A stretch of DNA of 64,000 bases from Eledone cirrhosa (taxonomy: Eukaryota): NCBI GenBank assembly GCA_964016885.1, contig OZ024759.1:10540001-10604000 (forward strand), written 5' to 3'. Positions 18,653 to 31,232 of this stretch are shown one piece after another; within the stretch, counting starts at the first letter, position 1; every line of letters begins with the position of its first letter. A program made the translations under genes and the position numbers. The notes below the pieces were generated by a model. It saw only the letters and a program-made list of their open reading frames with translations, was not told where the DNA came from and made no database searches.

Positions 18653-19405
18653 ATTGTTTCTACTTTAGGCACAAGGCCAGCAATTACCCAGTGCATTACT
18701 GGTACTTTATTTTATCGACCCCGTATATATATAATTGTTTCTGCTTTAGGCACAAGGCCAGCAATTCACCAGTGCATTACTGGTACTTTATTTTATCGAC
18801 CCCCGTATATATATAATTGTTTCTACTTTAGGCACAAGGCCAGCAATTCACCAGTGCATTACTGGTACTTTATTTTATCGACCCCCGTATATATATAATT
18901 GTTTCTACTTTAGGCACAAGGCCAGCAATTACCCAGTGCATTACTGGTACTTTATTTTATCGACCCCGTATATATATAATTGTTTCTACTTTAGGCACAA
19001 GGCCAGCAATTCACCAGTGCATTACTGGTACTTTATTTTATCGACCCCCGTATATATATAATTGTTTCTACTTTAGGCACAAGGCCAGCAATTCACCAGT
19101 GCATTACTGGTACTTTATTTTATCGACCCCCGTATATATATAATTGTTTCTACTTTAGGCACAAGGCCAGCAATTACCCAGTGCATTACTGGTACTTTAT
19201 TTTATCGACCCCGTATATATATAATTGTTTCTACTTTAGGCACAAGGCCAGCAATTACCCAGTGCATTACTGGTACTTTATTTTATCGACCCCGTAAGGA
19301 TGAAAGGCAAAGTCAACCTCGGCGGGATTTGAACTCAGATCGTAAAGGGACGTAACTCTATGCTGGAAAGCATGGCGTCCGACCCTCTACCGATACTGCC
19401 AATCC
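18653..19405 (-). mobile_element. SINE family B with its 3' part tandemly amplified (81-82 bp x 8)
   Basis: B-box-like gagttcaaatcc in the head; other copies at 15657, 33895, 36517, 48188 and 63272. Confidence 0.85.
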
Positions 19406-19679
19406 AAATAATAAATGTGAATACTAATATCCAAAGGGTGAAAGCAGCGATTCTTTGCTTAAACTTTAATCTGTTATTTATATATATATATATATATATA
19501 TATCACTATATGTATGTATGTATATATACAAATATGTTAGAATTATGTGCTTCTCAATAAACCAGCTCAATAGATAATATCCAGAGCAATAATAAGTCAA
19601 ATGTAGAAGATATATATGATATGTTGATTTAAAACTGCACTATCCACAAGTGTTTTTTAACCTTCATATCATGTCCTCC

Positions 19680-19750
19680 TATTTTATCTGATGAAAACAC
19701 AAATGTTATTGCATGATGATATTTGTTTTTGAAATGCGCATAATAAAATA
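19680..19750 (+). ncRNA. Type-I hammerhead ribozyme motif, long stem II
   Basis: tattttat-CTGATGA-(about 16-bp stem II)-GAAA-tgcgca-TA-ataaaata; palindromic stem III ATGCGCAT. Confidence 0.75.
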
Positions 19751-19929
19751 CATGGAACTCATTTAACTATCTTTTGATCTTATATATATATAAGTTAGTA
19801 AACAAGGACCAACACCCCACCCTCCCGCACCAAAATTAGACTTATCGTCCCCTACTTTTGTTCTTTACTCTCTTTACTCTTTGTTCTTGAATGTTTGGTT
19901 GGTAGAGTCCATAACACCAATCAAACCCC

Positions 19930-19990
19930 TTTTATAGCTCTGACGAATCCTACGGTTACGTAAGGAAGAAACATTGTAAGCCAATAAAAA
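19930..19990 (+). ncRNA. Hammerhead-like motif
   Basis: gct-CTGACGA-atcctacggttacgtaaggaa-GAAA-cattg-TA-agc; first stem II pair mismatched. Confidence 0.55.
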
Positions 19991-20095
19991 TCTTTTGATG
20001 TTGTAGACGCTCTTGTGTTCTTTTTCATATATATATATATATATATATATACAATGATATTAAATAAATGGAAACTATATTTATAAAACCATATT

Positions 20096-20157
20096 TATTC
20101 TATTATATATATTTCAAGGGTACCAAAAACTTTGGTACACTTTCATCAGATAAAATA
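20096..20157 (-). ncRNA. Type-I hammerhead ribozyme motif (sense strand of HR96 intron)
   Basis: Reverse complement: tattttat-CTGATGA-aagtgtaccaaagtttttggtaccctt-GAAA-tatata-TA-atagaata. Confidence 0.75.
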
Positions 20158-21178
20158 CAAAGTGCGTTTTATAAATTTTGACATAACCAAGCAGAATATA
20201 CCTTAATGGTTCAAGTTTTCATTGGATATTCAAGGTGTATTCTCCTTGGTTATGTCAAAATTTATAAAACACACTTGCACCCCCTGTTATTAATGACTGA
20301 TTGTGGTTTCGAAAGCACTAATGGGGACACAGCCTCATAGGTAGCACAATGGCAGTGGCCAGCAAATCTTACTCTTCTTTTACGTACGACAGATATGCAT
20401 GGGAGGCTGGCATATATTTCTTTCAAAGTCACCAGCTTATGTTCTGAATGCGCTGAAGCAGGGGAGTGTAAGTGGCATGAAGGTGCTTTTGTTGTATTGC
20501 AACCCCGTTCTTCCCCCAACCCTTACTTTCACATACACACACACACACACGTACACCTACACACACACACCACCTTCAGCCCTCCCCGCTCGGAGCCCCC
20601 GTCTCCCTCTCCCCACTCCACCCACCACCACCCCTACACACCCCACACCCTTCCACCACCTGTTTTACCCCCCTTTTAATTTCAGTTTATTTTGATCATG
20701 CTTTTATATTTAAATTTATTTCATTCCTTGTATTTTGATCATGCTTTATTTTTATTTTTATTTTTATTTTTTTCATTCGCACCGTTTCCTTTCGCTATAT
20801 GTCTCTCCACCACTCCCCTACACACCCTTTGAACTCTGTTCCCACACACTTCTCACCTGAGGAAGGGCTTATGCCCGAAACGTCGTCCCCCACCAACACC
20901 CCACTCTCCAGAGCGTGAAATTAATAAACATTCGTTGTACTGCCTCTCTGTTTTGTCCCTGTTCAAATTTTTCCATTATATATATATATATATATATATT
21001 TAAAGGTTAAACAAGGTTCAATGAATAAATCAAAGAATGAGTTTTACAATAGATTGGAAGCACTCAACAGTTATGGTTTTCCGGAGTTATTAATATTAAT
21101 TCAAAATATTAAGAATATTCACTACCATGACTGAATCTTAACCATCTACTGTGTTAGGGTATGTCATGCATCACCTTA

Positions 21179-21241
21179 TTTTATCTGATGAGGACGTACT
21201 GTTGAAGTTAACTCAGTATCTCTGAAATATGTATAATAAAA
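21179..21241 (+). ncRNA. Type-I hammerhead ribozyme motif
   Basis: ttttat-CTGATGA-ggacgtactg...cagtatctct-GAAA-tatgta-TA-ataaaa; homologue at 45550-45615 (-). Confidence 0.7.
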
Positions 21242-21271
21242 GAATATCTATTTTGTTAATATTTTGAATTA

Positions 21272-21320
<49 letters not shown>

Positions 21321-21413
21321 GAGAGGGAGAGAGAGAGAAAGAGAGAGGGAGAGAGAGAGATAGAGAGAGAAATACAGACAGACAGGCAAGCAGATAGTTA
21401 TAAATAAACAGAC

Positions 21414-22308
21414 AATGGAGGCACATGGCTTAGTGGTTAGAGCATTGGCCTTGCAATCGAAAGGTTGTGAGTTCAATTCTCAGACCGGGTGATGTGTTGT
21501 TTCCTTGAGCAAGACACTTTATTTCACATTGCTCCAGTTTACTCAGCTGTAGAAATGAGATGATAGGGACTGGGGTCCCTATCATTCCACTGCAAAGTGG
21601 TCGTGGAGGTGGCTTAGTGGTTAGAGCATTAGCCTTGCAATCGAAAGGTTGTGAGTTCAATTCTCAGACCGGGTGATGTGTTGTTTCCTTGAGCAAGACA
21701 CTTTATTTCACATTGCTCCAGTTTACTCAGCTGTAGAAATGAGATGATAGGGACTGGGGTCCCTATCATTCCACTGCAAAGTGGTCGTGGAGGTGGCTTA
21801 GTGGTTAGAGCATTGGCCTTGCAATCGAAAGGTTGTGAGTTCAATTCTCAGACCGGGTGATGTGTTGTTTCCTTGAGCAAGACACTTTATTTCACATTGC
21901 TCCAGTTTACTCAGCTGTAGAAATGAGATGATAGGGACTGGGGTCCCTATCATTCCACTGCAAAGTGGTCGTGGAGGTGGCTTAGTGGTTAGAGCATTGG
22001 CCTTGCAATCGAAAGGTTGTGAGTTCAATTCTCAGACCAGGTGATGTGTTGTTTCCTTGAGCAAGACACTTTATTTCACATTGCTCCAGTTTACTCAGCT
22101 GTAGAAATGAGATGATAGGGAGTGGGGTCCCTATCATTCCACTGCAAAGTGGTCGTGGAGGTGCCACGGCAAAAAAGCACCTAGCACTCACTGTAAATGA
22201 GGTTGGTGTTAGGAAGGGCATCCAGCTGTAGAGATCAAGCCAGAACCAGTTCCCGTCCCACCCTTGCAAGCAGGGAAAAGGGGACGTAAAATGAAATGAA
22301 TGAAATGA
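21414..22308 (+). mobile_element. tRNA-derived SINE family A with four tandem 184-bp heads and an RTE-like tail
   Basis: A box tggcttagtgg and B box gagttcaattc repeated at a 184-bp period; tail ggtgttaggaagggcatccagctgtag shared with the RTE 3' UTR. Confidence 0.88.
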
Positions 22309-22421
22309 TAGATACAGAGAGTCAAAAAGAAAGCCAGATAGGTAGAGAGGCAGACAGACAGACAGACAGACAGATATATAAGACATAGACAGACAGACAG
22401 ATATATAAGAATGGCTCTAAC

Positions 22422-22790
22422 CTTGCTCCCTCTTGCATTCCGTCGAAAGAAAGCTTTACAGGATTCACAGGTGACGGCATCAAAGTTGTAACCGAGCGCA
22501 ACATCTCCACAAACTCTACAACGCTTCTCATCTTTCAATTTCTTCTTCTTTATACTGCTGCTGCTGCTGCTACTGTTGTTGTTGTTGTTGTTGTTGTTGC
22601 CGATACTGTTGTTGTTGCTGCTGCTACTGTTGCTGTTGCTGTTGTCATCTATCTCTTCCTTTTTACTTTGTAACATTTTAAACGAGGAGGAGTCGGATAT
22701 ACTGGAGAACTGAACCTCTTCATAGTCCTCAGTACTCATTAGACATTCTTTGATACTCACCTCCAATGAAGAAGCTGGAACAGCTAACTC
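22422..22790 (-). CDS. HR96: NR1J/HR96-like nuclear receptor, first visible coding exon (low-complexity N-terminus + zinc finger 1)
   Basis: Acceptor tttgctgttttAG before 22790; donor AAG|GTTAGA at 22421 (phase 0). Encodes CRVCGDVALGYNFDAVTCESCKAFFRRNA; the ESCKA P-box is typical of NR1J (HR96/DAF-12/NHR-8). First in-frame ATG at 22739; the true start may lie upstream. Confidence 0.9.
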
Positions 22791-22884
22791 CTAAAACAGC
22801 AAACAACATAACACAATTAGTGCTTTGAAGAAGGCGAATACAAGCAGCTGAAATGGGATAATGTTACTGGATAGAGTAAAGTTA

Positions 22885-24730
22885 GTAGCTCGGAGATCAG
22901 AGGGTCACTCCAGGTAGAGCTGCTACTTCTCTGAATTGAGAGATCACAGCTCTGATACTATGGACATGAGGTTAGAATGTCTCAGGAAAGAATCACTGGA
23001 CAGATTTGTAGCTTGGAGATCAGAGGGTCACTCCAGGTAGAGCTGCTACTTCTCTGAATTGAGAGATCACAGCTCTGATACTATGGACATGAGGTTAGAA
23101 TGTCTCAGGAAAGAATCACTGGGCAAGATTTGTAGCTTGGAGATCAGAGAGTCACTCCCAGTAGAGCTGCTACTTCTCTGAATTGAGAGATCACAGCTCT
23201 GATACTATGGACATGAGGTTAGAATGTCTCGGGAAAGAATCACTGGGCAGATTTGTAGCTCGGAGATCAGAGAGTCAATCCCAGTAGAGCTGCTACTTCT
23301 CTGAATTGAGAGATCACAGCTCTGATACTATGGACATGAGGTTAGAATGTCTCAGGAAAGAATCACTGGGCAGATTTGTGGCTTGGAGATCAGAGAGTCA
23401 CTCCAGGTAGAGCTGCTACTTCTCTGAATTGAGAGATCACAGCTCTGATACTATGGACATGAGGTTAGAATGTCTCAGGAAAGAATCACTGGGCAAGATT
23501 TGTAGCTTGGAGATCAGAGGGTCACTCCAGGTAGAGCTGCTACTTCTCTGAATTGAGAGATCACAGCTCTGATACTATGGACATGAGGTTAGAATGTCTC
23601 AGGAAAGAATCACTGGGCAAGATTTGTAGCTTGGAGATCAGAGAGTCACTCCCAGTAGAGCTGCTACTTCTCTGAATTGAGAGATCACAGCTCTGATACT
23701 ATGGACATGAGGTTAGAATGTCTCAGGAAAGAATCACTGGGCAGATTTGTAGCTCGGAGATCAGAGAGTCACTCCCAGTAGAGCTGCTACTTCTCTGAAT
23801 TGAGAGATCACAGCTCTGATACTATGGACATGAGGTTAGAATGTCTCAGGAAAGAATCACTGGGCAGATTTGTGGCTTGGAGATCAGAGAGTCACTCCAG
23901 GTAGAGCTGCTACTTCTCTGAATTGAGAGATCACAGCTCTGATACTATGGACATGAGGTTAGAATGTCTCAGGAAAGAATCACTGGGCAAGATTTGTAGC
24001 TTGGAGATCAGAGAGTCACTCCCAGTAGAGCTGCTACTTCTCTGAATTGAGAGATCACAGCTCTGATACTATGGACATGTGGTTAGAATGTCTCAGGAAA
24101 GAATCACTGGACAGATTTGTAGCTCGGAGATCAGAGAGTCACTCCCAGTAGAGCTGCTACTTCTCTGAATTGAGAGATCACAGCTCTGATACTATAGACA
24201 TGAGGTTAGAATGTCTCAGGAAAGAATCACTGGGCAGATTTGTAGCTCGGAGATCAGAGAGTCACTCTAGGTAGAGCTGCTACTTCTCTGAATTGAGAGA
24301 TCACAGCTCTGATACTATGCACATGAGGTTAGAATGTCTCAGGAAAGAATCACTGGGCAGATTTGTAGCTCGGAGATCAGAGAGTCACTCCAGGTAGGCC
24401 ACTACTTCTCTGAATTGAGAGATCACAGCTCCGATACTATGGACATGAGGTTAGAATGTCTCAGGAAAGAATCACTGGGCAGATTTGTAGCTCGGAGATC
24501 AGAGAGTCACTCCCAGTAGAGCTGCTACTTCTCTGAATGGAGAGATCACAGCTCTGATACTACAGGCATGTGGTTAGAATGTCTCAGGAAAGAATCACTG
24601 GAGATATTTGTAGCTTGGAGATCAGAGAGTCACTCCCAGTAGAGCTGCTACTTCTCTGAATTGAGAGATCACAGCTCTGATACTATGGACATGAGGTTAG
24701 AATGTCTCAGGAAAGAATCACTGGACAGAT
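22885..24730. repeat. 123/124-bp tandem array (about 15 copies) derived from LINE ORF2 3' coding sequence
   Basis: Unit encodes [25 protein letters not shown]; continues into RARWLDNIHGLGW. Confidence 0.9.
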
Positions 24731-26019
24731 CTTGTGAGCAAAACCAACTGGCAGGAGACCCAGGGGTCGGCCCCCCGAGCAAGATGGTTGGATAACATCC
24801 ATGGGCTTGGCTGGTTTCACTTGGGGATCCAGCCAGATCAATTGGAGATGGTTGCTTCAAACAGGACCTGTTGGAGGGAGTGTTTGAGGACTCTGCCCCT
24901 ACGAAGAAGAAGAGGGGAAAGTTGATTAAATCAACCCCCAGTGTGTTAATGGTGTTTTATTTTATCAAACCTGTAAAAATGAAGGCAAAGCTAACTTCAT
25001 GGGATTTGAACTCAGAACGTAAAGGGCCATAACACAATGGTTTCTGATTTAGGCACAAGGCCAACAATTGTGAGAGAGGAGGGGAAAGTCAATTAAATCG
25101 ACCCCAGTGCGTCCCTGGTACTTTATTTTATTGACCCTGTAAATTTGAAAAGCAAAGCTAACTTCAGCCAGATCTAAACTGAGAACAGAAAGGGACGTAG
25201 CTCTATGCCACAAAGCTACAATAATCATAGGTTCTGATTTAGGCACAATGCTAACAATTTGGGAGACGAGGGGGAAGTCCAATAAATTGACCCCAGTATG
25301 TTACTGGTACTTTACTGACCCCATAAAAATGAAAGGTAAACCATACCTCAATAGGATTTGAACTCCGAACATGTAAGGACACAGCACAATAACAAAGATT
25401 ACTACAATTGCTGGGGCCACCATAACATACACCCAGTACGTTCTGTAAAAGGCAGCAAATTGGCAGAGTTGTTAGAACATCAGATATTCAAAACAACAAA
25501 CAGCGGAGGATGCGTTTCGCACCTTTCCGACAGACAACCTTTCCCCCACCCCGGAAAAACCCCCAGTTGATGGATGTGAATCCGAAATATATAGGGACAA
25601 TTAAATCTCTCCCAAGGTAACTCTCTCTCGTGTTCTTATTTTTATTTTATCCTTTATACTCTTTCCTTCATTCCTCTACACGTCTTATACACGCCACCCA
25701 TCTCAACGTACACCCACTTACATCTCTCTCTCCACCACCGCATCTTGTTACCCGGAGATTTACCCATTTGCATTGTCGAGAATGTTTTGCAGTATTCGTT
25801 CAGACTCCCTTTCATTCATTTGAGGTCAATAAACAGAGTACCAGTAATGCACTGGTGTCGATTCTCCTATATCTCTTTCTCACTACCTCTCTCTCTCTCC
25901 TCAGAAAGAAATCAGCTATATTCACACCTGGAAGAAGAGATGGGCTCCCCCAGGTTTAAAATGCCCAAGACACAGTGTATGACACAATGGTGCCACCTAC
26001 AACACCGTTATGGGTTCAC

Positions 26020-27295
26020 GCACTCAGTACACTCTGTAAAGTGTTAATGCTGGTATCATGACAAAATGTACCCAGTACACTCTGTAAAGTGGTGGTGTTG
26101 ATGTCAAGATAAAATGCATCCAGTATATTCTATAAGGTGGTAGTGTTGGTGTCACAATAAAATGCACCCAGTGCACTCTGCAAATAGGTGTCGGTGTCAA
26201 GATGAAATACACCCAGTCTACTCTGCAAATAGGTGTCAGTGTCAAGATAAAATACACCCAGTGTACTCTGCAAATAGGTGTCAGTGTCAAGATAAAATGC
26301 ACCCAGTGTACTCTGCAAATAGGTGTCGGTGTCAAGATAAAATGCACCCAGTGTACTCTGCAAATAGGTGTCAGTGTCAAGATAAAATACACCCAGTGTA
26401 CTCTGCAAATAGGTGTCAGTGTCAAGATAAAATACACCCAGTGCACTCTGCAAATAGGTGTCAGTGTCAAGATAAAATACACCCAGTGTACTCTGCAAAT
26501 AGGTGTCAGTGTCAAGATAAAATACACCCAGTGCACTCTGCAAATAGGTGTCAGTGTCAAGATAAAATACACCCAGTGTACTCTGCAAATAGGTGTCAGT
26601 GTCAAGATAAAATACACCCAGTGTACTCTGCAAATAGGTGTCAGTGTCAAGATAAAATACACCCAGTGCACTCTGCAAATAGGTGTCAGTGTCAAGATAA
26701 AATACACCCAGTGTACTCTGCAAATAGGTGTCAGTGTCAAGATAAAATACACCCAGTGTACTCTGCAAATAGGTGTCAGTGTCAAGATAAAATACACCCA
26801 GTCTACTCTGCAAATAGGTGTCAGTGTCAAGATAAAATACACCCAGTGTACTCTGCAAATAGGTGTCGGTGTCAAGATAAAATGCACCCAGTGTACTCTG
26901 CAAATAGGTGTCGGTGTCAAGATAAAATGCACCCAGTGTACTCTGCAAATAGGTGTCGGTGTCAAGATAAAATGCACCCAGTGTACTCTGCAAATAGGTG
27001 TCAGTGTCAAGATAAAATACACCCAGTGTACTCTGCAAATAGGTGTCGGTGTCAAGATAAAATACACCCAGTGTACTCTGCAAATAGGTGTCGGTGTCAA
27101 GATGAAATGCCCCCAGGGCACTCTGCAAATAGGTGTCAGTGTCAAGATAAAATGCACCCAGTGTACTCTGCAAATAGGTGTCAGTGTCAAGATAAAATAC
27201 ACCCAGTGTACTCTGCAAATAGGTGTCGGTGTCAAGATGAAATGCACCCAGTGTACTCTGCAAATAGGTGTCAGTGTCAAGATAAAATGCACCCA
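26020..27295. repeat. 45-bp minisatellite
   Basis: cacccagtgtactctgcaaataggtgtcagtgtcaagataaaata, about 25 copies; resembles the RTE/SINE tail motif. Confidence 0.93.
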
Positions 27296-27736
27296 ACCCA
27301 TGCTTAAAGTAGTTGGCATTATGAAGGGTATCCCACTCTAGAAACCATGTCATGACCGGATGTAATAAGATGAGAAGGTCATCTGACCTGTCATATCTGA
27401 GAAGAGGTCAACCTGTCTAACCCATGCTGATGATGTGGACCAGTGCTGTCATTATTGACAACACTAGGGTTGAATATATTTGATTGTTTAATGTATATAC
27501 CAGGATTGTTGTATATAGTCATACAAACTGGGAAATGGCATCTTGATAAATTAATAGTTTACATAAGAGAAACCCTATAGTTTATGTTGATTACTGACAT
27601 GTGGAAGTGATTAAAGATGATAATGACATTTAACTCTGTCCCTCATTCTCTAAGCATCTGTATCAATGTTAATGATGACTGCAATAATTATGACAGTGAC
27701 AATAACAACAGCAACGATGATGACAACGTAAAAAGT

Positions 27737-28003
27737 CTAATTTCCATTCAATTGTGACCTAGCTAGTCTTCCATAATATCAGGACATTGCCTAATTTCTA
27801 TTCAATTATCACCTAGCTAGTCTTCCATACTTTCAGGGCATTGTCTAATTTCCATTCAATTGTGACCTAGCCAGTCTTCCATACTTTCAGGGCATTGTCT
27901 AATTTCCATTCAATTGTGACCTAGCCAGTCTTCCATAATATCAGGATATTGCCTAATTTCTATTCAGTTGTGACCTAGCCAGTCTTCCATACTTTCAGGA
28001 CAT
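27737..28003. repeat. 54-bp tandem repeat, about 5 copies
   Basis: ctaatttccattcaattgtgacctagccagtcttccata... Confidence 0.85.
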
Positions 28004-28059
28004 TGACATCAACCTACAGACTACAGTTTTATTTTTAACAATATCAGTGTTATTGTTTG

Positions 28060-29732
28060 ATGATAGTGGTGGTGGTGGTGGTGGTGATAGTGGTGGTGGT
28101 GGTGGTGATAGTGGTGGTGGTGGTGGTGATAGTGGTGGTGGTGGTGATAGTGGTGGTGGTGGTGGTGGTGGTGGTGGTGGTGGTGGTGATAGTGGTGGTG
28201 GTGATAGTGGTGGTGGTGGTGGTGGTGGTGGTGATAGTGGTGGTGGTGATAGTGGTGGTGGTGGTGGTGGTGGTGATAGTAGTGGTGGTGGTGGTGGTGG
28301 TGGAGATGGTGATAGTGGAGGTGGTGGAGATGGTGATAGTGGTGGAGATGGTGATAGTGGTGGAGATGGTGATAGTGGTGGAGATGGTGGTGGTGGTGGT
28401 GATAGTGGTGGTGGTGGAGATAGTGGTGGTGGTGGTGATAGTGGTGGTGGTGGAGATAGTGGTGGTGGAGATAGTGGTGGTGGAGATGGTGATAGTGGTG
28501 GTGGTGGAGATAGTGGTGGTGGAGGTGGTGGTGATAGTGGTGGTGGAGATAGTGGTGGTGGAGATGGTGATAGTGGTGGTGGTGGTGGTGGTGATAGTGG
28601 AGATAGTGGTGGTGGTGGAGATAGTGGTGGTGGAGATAGTGGCGGTGGTGGAGATAGTGGTGGTGGAGATAGTGGTGGTGGAGATGGTGATAGTGGTGGT
28701 GGTGGAGATAGTGGTGGTGGAGGTGGTGGTGATAGTGGTGGTGGAGATAGTGGTGGTGGAGATAGTGGTGGTGGAGATAGTGGTGGTGGAGATGGTGATA
28801 GTGGTGGTGGTGGAGATAGTGGTGGTGGAGATGGTGATATTGGTGGTGGTGATGATAGTGGTGGAGATGGTGGTGGTGGAGATGGTGATAGTGGTGGTGA
28901 TAGTGGTGGTGGAGGTGGTGGTGGTGATAGTGGTGGTGGAGGTGGTGGAGATAGTGGTGGTGGAGATAGTGGTGGTGGAGATGGTGATAGTGGTGGTGGT
29001 GGTGATAGTGGTGGTGGAGGTGGTGGTGGTGATAGTGGTGGTGGAGGTGGTGGAGATAGTGGTGGTGGAGATAGTGGTGGTGGAGATGGTGATAGTGGTG
29101 GTGGAGGTGGTGGTGGTGATAGTGGTGGTGGAGGTGGTGGAGATAGTGGTGGTGGAGATAGTGGTGGTGGAGATGGTGATAGTGGTGGTGGTGGTGATAG
29201 TGGTGGTGGAGGTGGTGGTGGTGATAGTGGTGGTGGAGGTGGTGGTGATAGTGGTGGTGGAGATAGTGGTGGTGGAGATGGTGATAGTGGTGGAGATAGT
29301 GGTGGTGGTGGTGGTGATAGTGTCAGTAGTAGTAGTAGTAGTAGTAGTGGTAGTGTCAGTAGTAGTAGTAGTGGTGGTAGTGTCAGTAGTAGTAGTAGTG
29401 GTGGTGGTGGTAGTGCCAGTAGTAGTAGTGGTGGTAGTGGTAGTGTCAGTAGTAGTAGTAGTGGTGGTGGTGGTAGTGCCAGTAGTAGTAGTGGTGGTAG
29501 TGTCAGTAATAGTAGTAGTGGTGGTAGTGCCAGTAGTAGTAGTGGTGGTAGTGGTAGTGTCAGTAGTAGTAGTAGTAGTGGTGGTAGTGTCAGTAGTAGT
29601 AGTAGTAGTAGTAGTGGTAGTAGTAGTAGTGGTGGTAGTGTCAGTAGTAGTAGTAGTAGTGGTGATGGTAGTGCCAGTAGTAGTAGTGGTGGTAGTGGTA
29701 GTGTCAGTAGTAGTAGTGGTGGTGGTAGTGTC

Positions 29733-29763
<31 letters not shown>

Positions 29764-30053
29764 TCAGTAGTAGTAGTGGTGGTGGTGGTAGTGCCAGTAG
29801 TAGTAGTGGTGGTAGTGGTAGTGCCAGTAGTAGTAGTAGTGGTGGTGGTAGTGTCAGTAGTAATAGTGGTGGTGGTAGTGGCAGTAGTAGTAGTAGTGGT
29901 GGTAGTGTCAGTAGTGGTAGTAGTAGTGGTGGTGGTGGTAGTGTCAGTAGTAGTAGTAGTGGTGGTGGTGGTAGTGGCAGTAGTAGTAGTAGTAGTGGTG
30001 GTAGTGTCAGTAGTAGTAGTAGTGGTAGTAGTAGTGGTGGTGGTGGTAGTGTC

Positions 30054-30092
<39 letters not shown>

Positions 30093-30147
30093 GGTAGTGT
30101 CAGTAGTAGTAGTAATGGTGGTGGTGGTAGTGCCAGTAGTAGTAGTG
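28060..30147. repeat. (GGT/GAT/AGT)n trinucleotide complex
   Basis: Direct inspection. Confidence 0.95.
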
Positions 30148-30340
30148 CTGTTATCAAAACCAAATCATGGTAAATTGCTTATTTCCGAAAAATCTCTAAA
30201 GACTTTACTTTATTCATGCATAAATTATCTGAGAGATAAAAGATCAGTTAATTACGTTTGAGAGAGTATATCGTCATCACCACCGTTTAGCGTCCATTTT
30301 TCAATACCAGCATGGGTTAGAACGGTCGTCCAGGCCAAGA

Positions 30341-31232
30341 GGCAAGTCTAGCCAGAGTTGTCCACACTTGGAGGAGGGCAAGTCTAGCCAGAGTTGTCCA
30401 CACTGGGAGGAGGGCAAGTCTAGCCAGAGTTGTCCACACTGGGAGGAGGGCAAGTCTAGCCAGAGTTGTCCACACTGGGAGGAGGGCAAGTCTAGCCAGA
30501 GTTGTCCACACCAGGAGGCAAGTCTAGCCAGAGTTGTCCACACCAGGAGGTAAGTCTAGCCAGAGTTGTCCACACTGGGAGGAGGGCAAGTCTAGCCAGA
30601 GTTGTCCACACCAGGAGGCAAGTCTAGCCAGAGTTGTCCACACCAGGAGGCAAGTCTAGCCAGAGTTGTCCACACCAGGAGGCAAGTCTAGCCAGAGTTG
30701 TCCACACTGGGAGGAGACAAGTCTAGCCAGAGTTGTCCACACTGGGAGGAGGGCAAGTCTAGCCAGAGTTGTCCACACTGGGAGGAGGGCAAGTCTAGCC
30801 AGAGTTGTCCACACTGGGAGGAGGGCAAGTCTAGCCAGAGTTGTCCACACTGCCAAGAGGCAAGTCTAGCCAGAGTTGTCCACACTGGGAGGAGGGCAAG
30901 TCTAGCCAGAGTTGTCCACACTGCCAGGAGGCAAGTCTAGCCAGAGTTGTCCACACTGCCAAGAGGCAAGTCTAGCCAGAGTTGTCCACACTGCCAGGAG
31001 GCTAGTCTAGCCAGAGTTGTCCACACTGCCAAGAGGCAAGTCTAGCCAGAGTTGTCCACACTGCCAGGAGGCAAGTCTAGCCAGAGTTGTCCACACTGCC
31101 AGGAGGCAAGTCTAGCCAGAGTTGTCCACACTGCCAGGAGGCTAGTCTAGCCAGAGTTGTCCACACTGCCAGGAGGCAAGTCTAGCCAGAGTTGTCCACA
31201 CTGCCAGGAGGCAAGTCTAGCCAGAGTTGTCC
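30341..31232. repeat. 32-36-bp minisatellite inside an antisense RTE tail
   Basis: ggcaagtctagccagagttgtccacac core; flanked by RTE terminal motifs. Confidence 0.9.

Noticed and set aside
20851-20887. CTGAGGA-agggcttatgccc-GAAA-cgtcgTC as an active ribozyme
   Set aside because: No stem I pairing; counted only as a decayed PLE-type motif.
21414-21500. tRNA gene
   Set aside because: SINE head with A/B boxes that continues into the SINE core and tail; multiple dispersed copies.
25561-25596. Hammerhead-like ccc-CAGTTGA...GAAA-tata-TA-ggg (similarly 33700-33733 and 48336-48396)
   Set aside because: Catalytic core or stem I mutated; relics only.
27500-27545. Upstream coding exon for HR96 (ATGCCATTT...CCTG|GTATAT on -)
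   Set aside because: Phase 2 donor is incompatible with the phase 0 acceptor at 22790; no homology support.
27995-30261. Gly/Ser- or Pro-rich 700-aa ORFs (extensin- or silk-like)
   Set aside because: Trinucleotide repeat open in several frames; no splice or start context.
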